Positions 38,064 through 47,083 of a stretch of 64,000 nt of DNA are shown piece after piece. The notes under the pieces are model-generated. The model made no database searches. It saw only the letters and a program-made list of their open reading frames with translations, and had not been told where the DNA came from. The position numbers and the translations under genes were made by a program. This DNA is from an uncultured Polaribacter sp. GTDB taxonomy: Bacteria; Bacteroidota; Bacteroidia; Flavobacteriales; Flavobacteriaceae. The stretch's first letter is position 1; every line of letters starts with the position of its first letter. The stretch is from assembly GCA_943788045.1 (NCBI GenBank), contig CALSOT010000005.1, forward strand, positions 12,789 through 76,788, in the 5' to 3' direction.

Positions 38064-39734
38064 TTATAAAGATAAGCCTCGTTTCCAAGGAATAAAATCG
38101 TTTTGGTCTAATCTTCGTGCATGTGGTTGTATGGTTCCACTTGCTACTTTTATGATAAACTCAAGTAGTGCTTTACCACAATCTTCTATGGTATCTGTAC
38201 CTTCAATAATAGTACCTGTATTAAAGTCTATAATATCGTTCATTTTATTATACAGCTTAGTGTTCGTGGATACCTTTATAACGGGTACAGCTGGATTGCC
38301 TGTAGGCGTTCCAAGTCCTGTTGTGAATAAAATCAAATTAGCTCCTGAACCCGCTAGGCCTGTAGTCGATTCTACATCATTCCCGGGGGTACATAATAGG
38401 TTTAAACCGGGTTTTATTAACTGTTCTGTGTAATCCAACACATCAACTATTGGCGAAGTACCTCCTTTTTTTGCAGCACCAGCAGACTTTATAGCGTCTG
38501 TAATAAGACCATCTTTTATATTTCCAGGGGATGGATTTGCATGAAATCCTGCACCCAAAGCGGTTGCTTTAGTGTTATAGACCTCCATGATTTCGGCAAA
38601 TTTCTGTGCTTTATCAATATCAACACAGCGTTTGATAAGTTCTTGTTCGACGCCATTTAGCTCTGGAAATTCAGAAAGGATTGCAGAGCCTCCTAGCCCA
38701 ACAATTATATCTGAAATATAGCCTAAGGTTGGATTGGCAGAAATACCAGAAAACCCGTCTGAGCCACCACATTCTAAGCCGAGTGTTAATTTATTTAAAG
38801 GTGCAGGAGCTCTTGAAACTTTATTGGCTTGAATCAAACCAGTAAATGTTTTTTTTATTGCATCTGCCAAGAATTCTGGTTCAGATTTGCTTTGTTGTTG
38901 TTCTAAAAAATAAATTGGCTTTTTAATATTTGGAGCGATGCGTTGTAGAGCCTTTTCTACAAGCTTAATCTGAGCATGTTGACAGCCTAAACTCAAAACT
39001 GTTGCTCCAGCAATATTTGGATTATTAATGTAACCTGCCAATAAATTACAAAGTGTAATTGCATCAGAAGTAGCCCCACCACAACCTCCATCATGAGTTA
39101 AAAAATAAATTCCGTCAACATTAGAAAACAAGGGCTTATTTTTGTTATTATGACTACTTTTTATTAAATCTACTTCCAGAAGTTCATGTTCTGAAGCTCC
39201 AGAATTATATTTATGAATAAGCTCATCTAAATGATAGGTATCTTTAGCTGACTTCTCGTAACCAAATTTATCTAACATGGTTTTTTTCAGAATTTCAACA
39301 TTTCTATTTTGACAAAAAACTAGTGGAATGACTAACCAATTGTTCTCAGTGCCAACAGCACCATTATCTCTGTGATATCCTAAAAATTTACGGTTCAAAA
39401 AATCAGAAAAATTAGGAGCTTCCCATTTAATTTGCTCTTTTAATTTTGGAATTTCATAAGATTCGGTTTTATGAGAAATATTTAAGGTTGTTATGGATTC
39501 CCCTTTTTTAATTTCTTTAATTGCTTTTCCAACAACTACCCCATACATGAAAATAGAATCTCCTATATTTAAATTATCAATTGAAAATTTATGTTTTGAA
39601 GCAACATTGCTTACAAGTTGACATTTACTGTCACCAATTTGAATTGTTAATCCCTTACTTAAATCACACAAAGCAACTACTACGTTATCCCTAGAATGGA
39701 TTTTTAATATTTGTGTACTGCTTTTTGAGATCAT
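38064..39734 (-). CDS. UxaA/altronate dehydratase-family sugar-acid dehydratase (candidate L-fuconate dehydratase)
   Basis: 556 aa with an N-terminal SAF-like domain and a central THDGGCGG-type motif, the length and architecture of the UxaA family. It is the first gene of the minus-strand catabolic cluster. Confidence 0.75.
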   Translation of the reverse strand: MISKSSTQILKIHSRDNVVVALCDLSKGLTIQIGDSKCQLVSNVASKHKFSIDNLNIGDSIFMYGVVVGKAIKEIKKGESITTLNISHKTESYEIPKLKEQIKWEAPNFSDFLNRKFLGYHRDNGAVGTENNWLVIPLVFCQNRNVEILKKTMLDKFGYEKSAKDTYHLDELIHKYNSGASEHELLEVDLIKSSHNNKNKPLFSNVDGIYFLTHDGGCGGATSDAITLCNLLAGYINNPNIAGATVLSLGCQHAQIKLVEKALQRIAPNIKKPIYFLEQQQSKSEPEFLADAIKKTFTGLIQANKVSRAPAPLNKLTLGLECGGSDGFSGISANPTLGYISDIIVGLGGSAILSEFPELNGVEQELIKRCVDIDKAQKFAEIMEVYNTKATALGAGFHANPSPGNIKDGLITDAIKSAGAAKKGGTSPIVDVLDYTEQLIKPGLNLLCTPGNDVESTTGLAGSGANLILFTTGLGTPTGNPAVPVIKVSTNTKLYNKMNDIIDFNTGTIIEGTDTIEDCGKALLEFIIKVASGTIQPHARRLDQNDFIPWKRGLSL

Positions 39735-39874
39735 GTGTAAATATCAAATAAATTTAAAATCATTCATACCAATAATGAACAATTATCTATCACATATTTT
39801 CATATATGCTTTAAATAGGGATTTTAATATAAAGATTATCAACAATTTTTCACTCTAAATTTATTATAAACCGC

Positions 39875-39912
39875 ATTAAAATCGATCTTCAGCGATTATT
39901 TTCGATTTTAAT
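39875..39912. promoter_or_regulatory. Perfect 11-bp inverted repeat upstream of the catabolic cluster (operator or terminator candidate)
   Basis: ATTAAAATCGA (39875-39885) and TCGATTTTAAT (39902-39912) are exact reverse complements separated by 16 bp, about 140 bp upstream of the dehydratase start. Confidence 0.3.
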
Positions 39913-40042
39913 AGCCTTTAACCAATTCTCGTCTTTGTTTTTTTATACTGATTCTTTGTTCTCCTTACTTTTTTGAGCTTGCTTTATTGGCGACAAAAGT
40001 TTGTCCATATCACTTAAAATAATTGCTTTCATTTTTATTTGT

Positions 40043-40291
40043 TTAGTTTCTAATTATTAATAATTCTTCTTTTAGCTCAAAATAAATATCATAAACGTAA
40101 TTAATCTGAACCACGTCCCCATTATCATCTATTTTAGGTTCTGCTTTATGTATGGCATCAAAATCAAATCCATGACTCTTTAATATTTGATGGGTAATAC
40201 CACCTAAATCTAAAGTGCTTAACTTCTTTAATACTTTATAATTCCTGCGCATAGCCTTGTCCATCGCTAATAAATCAGCTTCATCAACCAT
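40043..40291 (-). CDS. Hypothetical 82-aa protein
   Basis: ATG-initiated ORF with no motif I recognise. It lies where the N-terminal half of the adjacent recombinase should be. Confidence 0.3.
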   Translation of the reverse strand: MVDEADLLAMDKAMRRNYKVLKKLSTLDLGGITHQILKSHGFDFDAIHKAEPKIDDNGDVVQINYVYDIYFELKEELLIIRN

Positions 40292-40295
40292 CTTT

Positions 40296-41022
40296 TTTAT
40301 ACACGAGCCGATCGTGACAAAAGCGCTTTTTTATAAAGTCCAAACCATTATTGATGGAGGTAAAAATCAACTTAAAGTAGCACACAAGAAAATAAATCCT
40401 AAATATCCGCTAAAAGATTTTGATTTATGTCCCAAGTGTCACTGCCCCCTGCTCGCTAGCGCTTCAAAAGGCCGTTCTAAATACTACGCTTATTACCACT
40501 GTGTAAAACCGTGTAATACAAGATACAAACTTGAAGATGCAGAACTTTGGTTTAACGCATTCCTAGACGGAATTAACTTAAATAAAAATGCACAAAGGTT
40601 ACTCAATACGATGATTACAGAAAGAATAAAAACACAAAGTGAATCTCAAAAAGTTGGACCTAGTCACTAAAAAAAATAAAGGATATGGAAGACAGACTTG
40701 ATAAAGTGCAAGATTTATTTGTAGATGGTGTTATCGATGCAGATGATTTTCATAAAACAAAAAACAGATATCAAAATAGTTGAGAAGAGATGAAAACAAA
40801 AGGTGAACAATGCAATAAACAATCTGAAATCATCGAAACCTACAAGAAAGGATTAAGCAAACTATAAGATATCAATAACCTATTCAATAAAGCAAAATCA
40901 ATGATAAAAGACAACTAATTGGTTCTATATTTCCAGAAAAATTTCAATTTGAAAAAAATAAAGTTCGAACCGCTGATATTAACCCAATACTTTTAAAAAT
41001 TGCTAGTGTAAACAAGGAGTGA
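40296..41022 (+). pseudogene. Large serine recombinase, C-terminal remnant with multiple stops and frameshifts
   Basis: HEPIVTKALFYKVQ, the zinc-ribbon region CPKCHCPLLASASKGRSKYYAYYHC, then a coiled-coil region broken by stops. The final segment QLIGSIFPEKFQFEKNKVRTADINPILLKIASVNKE* is in a different frame. The N-terminal catalytic domain is absent. Confidence 0.75.
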
Positions 41023-41068
41023 ATAAACAAAAAAAACCGTAACAAATTAATGTTACGGTTTTTTGTAC
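41016..41068. repeat. Right copy of the direct repeat; doubles as the tRNA-Leu terminator
   Basis: Matches 2461-2513. On the minus strand it is a hairpin (CCGTAAC...GTTACGG) followed by a T8 run directly after the tRNA-Leu 3' end. It overlaps the recombinase remnant stop codon and the last 3 nt of the tRNA. Confidence 0.85.
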
Positions 41069-41151
41069 TGAAGGCGGGACTTGAACCCGCACGGCCATTA
41101 CTGACCACTGGATTTTAAGTCCAGCGTGTCTACCAATTCCACCACTTCAGC
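41066..41151 (-). tRNA. tRNA-Leu (UAA)
   Basis: The reverse complement is GCTGAAGTGGTGGAATTGGTAGACACGCTGGACTTAAAATCCAG...long variable arm...GCGGGTTCAAGTCCCGCCTTCAGTA. Anticodon TAA, discriminator A73. Position 1:72 is G:U. Confidence 0.85.
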
Positions 41152-41170
41152 ATGGTTTTTTATTTAATAG

Positions 41171-41242
41171 AGCGAAAGACGGGATTTGAACCCGCGACCC
41201 CCACCTTGGCAAGGTGATGCTCTACCCCTGAGCTACTTTCGC
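41171..41242 (-). tRNA. tRNA-Gly (GCC)
   Basis: The reverse complement is GCGAAAGTAGCTCAGGGGTAGAGCATCACCTTGCCAAGGTGGGGGTCGCGGGTTCAAATCCCGTCTTTCGCT. Anticodon GCC. Confidence 0.9.
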
Positions 41243-41444
41243 AGTCATTATTTTATAATTTGAACTTGTAATGAAACCCCGTTATTTCCTAACTGGGCTG
41301 CAAATATAGTAAGTTTTATACATCTAGCAAATGTTTTTGATTTTTTTTTAATTTTTTTTTAATTTCATTAATTTGTAAATTAGTAAGTCTTCTTTTTTAG
41401 GCATCGAATGATCATATTTACAGCAAATTATAAGAGTTTTATGC

Positions 41445-41478
41445 AAAAAAAAGCACTCTAAACATAGAGTGCTTTTTT
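41445..41478 (-). terminator. Bidirectional rho-independent terminator downstream of sodA
   Basis: A8 run, hairpin AGCACTCTA-AACA-TAGAGTGCT, then a T6 run. Confidence 0.7.
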
Positions 41479-41499
41479 GTATTTAAAAAGGTTGTGCCT

Positions 41500-42108
41500 T
41501 TATTTAGCTTCAGCATATCTTCTTTCCACCTCGTTCCAGTTAATTACATTAAAGAAAGCATTAATGTAATCTGGTCTTCTGTTTTGATAGTTTAAGTAGT
41601 ACGCATGTTCCCAAACATCTAAACCTAAAATCGGCGTTCCTCCGCAAGTTACACCAGGCATTAATGGGTTGTCTTGGTTTGGCGTAGAGCAAACTTCTAC
41701 TTTACCGCCTGGTAAAACACATAACCATGCCCAACCAGAACCAAATTGAGTTGCAGCGGCTTTAGAAAAAGCTTCAATAAAAGCATCTTTAGAACCAAAG
41801 GCAGCTTCAATAGCGTCTTTTAATTCTCCAGATAAATAGCCTCTATCATTAGGGTTCATTACTGACCAAAACAATGAGTGATTATAAAAACCACCACCAT
41901 TATTTCTTACACCACCATTACTCATGTCTAAGTTAGTAAGAATATCCTCAATAGATTTTCCTTCTAAATCAGTACCTGCAATTGCACCGTTTAATTTTGT
42001 TGTATATCCGTTATGATGTTTTGTATGGTGAATTTCCATAGTTCTTGCATCAATATTTGGTTCTAGCGCATCGTAAGCGTATCCTAAATCTGGTAATTGA
42101 AAAGCCAT
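41500..42108 (-). CDS. sodA: Fe/Mn superoxide dismutase
   Basis: [14 protein letters not shown] and the metal-binding DVWEHAYYL motif; 202 aa. Confidence 0.9.
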   Translation of the reverse strand: MAFQLPDLGYAYDALEPNIDARTMEIHHTKHHNGYTTKLNGAIAGTDLEGKSIEDILTNLDMSNGGVRNNGGGFYNHSLFWSVMNPNDRGYLSGELKDAIEAAFGSKDAFIEAFSKAAATQFGSGWAWLCVLPGGKVEVCSTPNQDNPLMPGVTCGGTPILGLDVWEHAYYLNYQNRRPDYINAFFNVINWNEVERRYAEAK

Positions 42109-42219
42109 TTTTTATGTTTTTAAAAGTTAATATTATTTTAACGACTGTAAAACTAACCATTAATGAGGGGTTTTACAAGAAGTTTACGTATTGAAAATTT
42201 ATTTTAGTATAAGAAAGAC

Positions 42220-43230
42220 TTATTCTCCATATTTTATCATAAATTCTTCCAATTCTTCAACCATATTTGTACTACCACAAATAAAAGGAACTCTTTGGTG
42301 CAATTCTGTAGGCTGAACATCCATTGTTCTTGTGTAACCATCAGATGATTTACCATTAGCTTGTTCTGCTAAAAAAGCCATAGGGTTACACTCGTATAAC
42401 AATCTTAATTTTCCATTCGGATTTCTCGATCCTTTTGGGTACATATAAATTCCACCTTTAATCATGTTTCTGTGAAAATCAGAAACTAAAGAACCAATAT
42501 ATCTACTCGTGTAAGGTCTGTCTCCTTCTTCTCCCTGACAATGTTTTATGTATTTTTTTACACCAAGAGGAAAATCCATATAATTTCCTTCGTTTACAGA
42601 ATACATCGTTCCATTTTTAGGAAATGTCATATTTGGGTGAGATAAATAAAAAGTACCAATTGCAGGGTTTAGTGTAAAACCATTTACACCATTACCTGTT
42701 GTATAAACCAACATTGTTGAGGTTCCATAAACTACATAGCCCGCAGCAACTTGTTCGCTTCCTTTTTGTAAAAAATCTTCTATTTGTACTGGTTTTCCAA
42801 CAGGAGTTACTCTTCTGTAGATCGAAAAAATAGTTCCCACAGAAACATTAACATCAATATTAGAGGAACCGTCTAAAGGATCAATTAAAACAACGTAATT
42901 ATTTTGATTTTTTTCATCAATACTATTAATAGCAACAAAACTATCTTCTTCTTCACTGGCAATACCACAAACAATATTTCTTCTAGTTAAGGTTTGAATA
43001 AACTTATCATTTGCATAAACATCTAATTTCTGTTGGTCTTCACCTTGTATGTTTGTGTCTCCTGCAGCTCCAATAATATCAACTAAACCAGCTTTATTTA
43101 CCTCGTGATTTACCACTTTTGCAGCTAATCGAATAGAGTTTAAAAGACTAGAAAGTTCTCCGGAGCTATACTTAAAAGCATGCTGATTTTCTATGATAAA
43201 TTCCCCTAAAGTTTGTTTTTGAGCACTCAT
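42220..43230 (-). CDS. fbp: Fructose-1,6-bisphosphatase class I
   Basis: 336 aa. [25 protein letters not shown] and [23 protein letters not shown] are typical of class I FBPase. Confidence 0.9.
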   Translation of the reverse strand: MSAQKQTLGEFIIENQHAFKYSSGELSSLLNSIRLAAKVVNHEVNKAGLVDIIGAAGDTNIQGEDQQKLDVYANDKFIQTLTRRNIVCGIASEEEDSFVAINSIDEKNQNNYVVLIDPLDGSSNIDVNVSVGTIFSIYRRVTPVGKPVQIEDFLQKGSEQVAAGYVVYGTSTMLVYTTGNGVNGFTLNPAIGTFYLSHPNMTFPKNGTMYSVNEGNYMDFPLGVKKYIKHCQGEEGDRPYTSRYIGSLVSDFHRNMIKGGIYMYPKGSRNPNGKLRLLYECNPMAFLAEQANGKSSDGYTRTMDVQPTELHQRVPFICGSTNMVEELEEFMIKYGE

Positions 43231-43406
43231 TTTATTTAAGATTCAAGATTTTTCACAAAGATTCAACTTTTTTTAATGTACTACAACGATTTAGTTCTTT
43301 ATTTTTTTGCTTCTAAAATTTAAACAAATCAAAAATAATTGTCTAAAATATTTAATTTTTTTTGAAGGATAACAAAAGAACTATCTTTGACTAAAATTTA
43401 AGTAAT

Positions 43407-43886
43407 ATGGACTTTACAGTAAGGTTAGGTGAGAAAAAAGATATGCAATCTGTGCTAGATTTAATAACAGAGTTAGCTGTTTTTGAAAAAGAACCAGATG
43501 CTGTAGAAATTACAGTTGAAGATTTAGTAAGAGATGGTTTTTCTACAAATCCAAAGTTTAAGATTTATGTTGCTGAACAAGAAAATGCGATCATTGGTAT
43601 TGCTTTGTTTTATGAGCGATATTCTACATGGAAAGGTAGAGCTATTCATTTAGAAGACTTAATTGTAACCAAGAGCAAACAAAAAATAGGAGCGGGAAAG
43701 GCTTTGTATACAGCTGTTCTAAAATACGCTCTTGACAATAACTTTAATAGGGTTGCCTGGGAAGTTATAGATTGGAACACCAATGCAATAGATTTTTACA
43801 AAAGCACCGGAGCCACTTATTTGAATGATTGGTCTGTAGTACAAATGAACAAAGAGAATTTAGTGAATTTTATTCAAAACAGTTAA
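43407..43886 (+). CDS. GNAT-family N-acetyltransferase
   Basis: 159 aa. Acetyl-CoA-binding-type motif QKIGAGKALY within a GNAT-like layout. Confidence 0.7.
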   Translation: MDFTVRLGEKKDMQSVLDLITELAVFEKEPDAVEITVEDLVRDGFSTNPKFKIYVAEQENAIIGIALFYERYSTWKGRAIHLEDLIVTKSKQKIGAGKALYTAVLKYALDNNFNRVAWEVIDWNTNAIDFYKSTGATYLNDWSVVQMNKENLVNFIQNS

Positions 43887-43887
43887 A

Positions 43888-45141
43888 ATGAAGATTTTTA
43901 AATTTGGAGGAGCATCTGTAAAGGACGCAGAAAGTGTAAAGAATATAACTCAAATTTTACAAAGCGAAGGAACAGAAAATACAGTAGTTGTAATTTCTGC
44001 AATGGGGAAAACTACAAATGCATTTGAAGAGGTAATAAATGCCTATTATAATAAGACAGATAAATTATCGGATAATTTAGGTGTTATTGAAGATTACCAT
44101 AAGGCCATTATAGATGATTTGTTTGATAAAGGAGATGCAATTTATAAAGAAATTAATATTCTTTTAGGAGAATTAAGCTGGTTTTTAGCAAGAAATACTT
44201 CTCAAAGATACAATTATGTGTATGATCAAATTATTTGCTTCGGAGAACTTTTATCCACAAAAATAGTAAGTGCTTACTTATCAAAAATAGGAATTGATAA
44301 CAACTGGTTCGATGTAAGAAATTACATTAAAACAGATAGTAATTATAGAGACGCAAAAGTAGATTGGAATTTAACTCAAAAGATAATTACTGAAAAATTA
44401 GATGCTACTAAACTGAATATAACACAAGGTTTTATTGCAGCAAATGATACAGAAAATACAACAACCTTAGGTAGAGAAGGGTCTGATTATACTGCAGGGA
44501 TTTTTGCGTATTGTTTAGATGCAGAAAGCGTTACTATTTGGAAAGATGTACCAGGGGTTTTAAATGCAGATCCAAGAGTATTTAAAGAAACTACTTTATT
44601 AGAGCAAATTTCTTATGAAGAAGCTATCGAAATGGCATTTTATGGGGCGTCAGTAATTCATCCAAAAACATTACAACCGTTAGAGAGAAAAGAAATTCCT
44701 TTATTGGTGCGTTCTTTTGTAAACCCCAAAGAAACAGGTACAAAAGTTTCTAAAGGGACTAGATTAGTGCCTGATATACCTTGTTTTATTGTAAAGAAAG
44801 ATCAGGTTTTAGTTTCAATTTCTGCTTTAGATTTCTCTTTTATGGTAGAAAATAACATTAGTTATATTTTTCAAAAACTACACGATTATCAATTAAAAGT
44901 AAATTTAATTCAGAATTCTGCGATTAGTTTTTCTGTTTGTATTGATAATAAATTTAACAAGTTTGATGCTTTTTATGATGAGTTAAAAACGCAGTTTAAA
45001 ATAGATGTGCAAAAAGGAGTGGATTTATACACTGTGCGTCATTTTGATAATAATGCAGTTTTAAGCATTGAAGAAAAAGGAGAATCGTTATTAACACAGG
45101 TAAATAAAGAGACAATTCAGATTGTTTTAGCCGCAAAATAA
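43888..45141 (+). CDS. lysC: Aspartate kinase
   Basis: N-terminus KFGGASVKDAES, VVISAMGKTTN and LGREGSDYTA motifs, plus a C-terminal ACT-like region; 417 aa. Confidence 0.85.
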   Translation: MKIFKFGGASVKDAESVKNITQILQSEGTENTVVVISAMGKTTNAFEEVINAYYNKTDKLSDNLGVIEDYHKAIIDDLFDKGDAIYKEINILLGELSWFLARNTSQRYNYVYDQIICFGELLSTKIVSAYLSKIGIDNNWFDVRNYIKTDSNYRDAKVDWNLTQKIITEKLDATKLNITQGFIAANDTENTTTLGREGSDYTAGIFAYCLDAESVTIWKDVPGVLNADPRVFKETTLLEQISYEEAIEMAFYGASVIHPKTLQPLERKEIPLLVRSFVNPKETGTKVSKGTRLVPDIPCFIVKKDQVLVSISALDFSFMVENNISYIFQKLHDYQLKVNLIQNSAISFSVCIDNKFNKFDAFYDELKTQFKIDVQKGVDLYTVRHFDNNAVLSIEEKGESLLTQVNKETIQIVLAAK

Positions 45142-45194
45142 TATTACGATATTTGTTTTTTTAGTATGTTTGCATTTCGCTTTAATCACAAGGA

Positions 45195-47006
45195 ATGGCA
45201 TTAGTAACATCTAAAGAAATTGCACAGGTCATTGGTCTGCAGAAACTTGGTTTTTTTGGAACTTTTGTAGGATGGGTTTTATTAAGAATTCTTCGTATTT
45301 CGGTAATTAATAAAATCTACGATAATAATAAAAACAAGACTGATTTAGATTTTCTAAACGGTGTTTTAGATGATTGTAATATTAATTTTGAAATTCCGGA
45401 TGAAGATTTAAAAAGAATTCCAAAAGAGGGCCCTTTTATCACAATTTCTAACCATCCTCTAGGAGGTATTGATGGAGTTTTGTTATTGAAATTACTTGTT
45501 GAAAAAAGAACAGATTATAAAATTATTGCAAACTTTTTATTACATAGAGTTACTCCTTTAAAGCCCTATGTAATGCCAGTAAATCCTTTTGAAGATAGAA
45601 AAGATGTAAAATCGAGTCTTATTGGAATCAAAAATGCACTTTTGCATTTAAGAGAAGGCAAGCCTCTAGGTATTTTTCCTGCAGGCGAAGTTTCTACATA
45701 CAAAGACGGAAAATTAAATGTAGACAAACCTTGGGAAGAGGGCGCGGTTAAGCTAATAAAGAAAGCAAATGTTCCCGTAATTCCTATTTATTTTCACGCC
45801 AAAAATAGCCGTCTTTTTTACTTTTTATCAAAAATTTCTGACACCTTAAGAACAGCAAAACTTCCTTCCGAGCTTGTTTCTCAAAGAGGTAAGGTAATAA
45901 AAGTAAGAATAGGAAAACCAATTTCTGTTAAGGACCAAAAAGAGTATAAAGATATTCCTTCATTTTATGAGTTTATTAGAAAGAAAACCTACATGTTGGC
46001 AAATCCTTTTGAGAAAGCGCATAAATTAATTTCTACTCAAAATATAAAAATACCCAAAAAAGCTGCTAAAAAAATAACGACTCAAAAAAATTCAGATTTA
46101 TTTATACGAGAAGTAAATGCTTTAAGAGAAGCTGATGGACGTTTATTAGAGAGTAAGAATTACGAAGTGTTTTTTGCTAGTGCTAAAGAGATTCCTAATT
46201 TATTACATGAAATTGGTAGACTTCGCGAAATTACTTTTAGAGATGTTGGTGAAGGAACCAATAAAGAAATAGATTTAGATCAGTTCGATAAAGATTACCA
46301 TCATTTATTATTGTGGGATAGAGAGGCAAAACTTTTAGCCGGTGCTTATAGAATGGGGCTTGGTAATGAAATTTATAAAAAAAATGGTATTCATGGATTC
46401 TATATACAAACCTTGTTTAGGATAGAACCAGAATTACATCAAATGATGAGCAATACCATAGAAATGGGTAGAGCTTTTATTATTGGTGAGTATCAGCAGA
46501 AACCAATGCCTTTATTTTTATTATGGAAAGGAATTGTGCATGTTACATTGCGTTATCCTGAATATAAATATTTAATGGGTGGTGTTTCTATTAGTAATAA
46601 ATTTTCAGATTTTTCTAAATCATTGATGATTGAGTTTATGAAATCTCATTATTATGATCCTTATATAGCTCAGTATATTCATCCCAAGAAAGAATACAAG
46701 GTAAAGTTAAAAGATGCAGATAAAGATTTTGTGTTTGATACAACGGAGGCAGACATGCAAAAATTTGATAAAATTATTGATGAAATTGAACCAGGGGCGC
46801 TTAGAATTCCTGTTTTAATTAAAAAGTATGTGAAGCAAAATGCACGTTTGGTTGCCTTTAATGTTGATCCTAAGTTTAATAATGCTGTAGATGGATTAAT
46901 GTATATAAAAGTATCAGATATCCCAGATAGTACTGTAAAACCTGTAATGGAAGAGTTTCAAGCTGAATTAGAACGCAAATCTACAGCAGAATTTAAGAAG
47001 AAATAG
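45195..47006 (+). CDS. Bifunctional acyltransferase (PlsC-like O-acyltransferase plus OlsB/GNAT-like N-acyltransferase), OlsF-like aminolipid synthase
   Basis: The N-terminal half carries the HX4D motif (SNHPLGGIDG) and FPAGEVS. The C-terminal half (LREITFRDVGEGT...LLLWD) resembles OlsB/hemolysin-like N-acyltransferases. The fusion matches OlsF as described in Flavobacterium and Serratia. Confidence 0.6.
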   Translation: MALVTSKEIAQVIGLQKLGFFGTFVGWVLLRILRISVINKIYDNNKNKTDLDFLNGVLDDCNINFEIPDEDLKRIPKEGPFITISNHPLGGIDGVLLLKLLVEKRTDYKIIANFLLHRVTPLKPYVMPVNPFEDRKDVKSSLIGIKNALLHLREGKPLGIFPAGEVSTYKDGKLNVDKPWEEGAVKLIKKANVPVIPIYFHAKNSRLFYFLSKISDTLRTAKLPSELVSQRGKVIKVRIGKPISVKDQKEYKDIPSFYEFIRKKTYMLANPFEKAHKLISTQNIKIPKKAAKKITTQKNSDLFIREVNALREADGRLLESKNYEVFFASAKEIPNLLHEIGRLREITFRDVGEGTNKEIDLDQFDKDYHHLLLWDREAKLLAGAYRMGLGNEIYKKNGIHGFYIQTLFRIEPELHQMMSNTIEMGRAFIIGEYQQKPMPLFLLWKGIVHVTLRYPEYKYLMGGVSISNKFSDFSKSLMIEFMKSHYYDPYIAQYIHPKKEYKVKLKDADKDFVFDTTEADMQKFDKIIDEIEPGALRIPVLIKKYVKQNARLVAFNVDPKFNNAVDGLMYIKVSDIPDSTVKPVMEEFQAELERKSTAEFKKK

Positions 47007-47083
47007 TTTTTAAGCTATTAGAATTCAGAAAATGAAAGTCGCAATTTATTCGATTCCGTGCCAGTAATATTTATTTAATCTTA

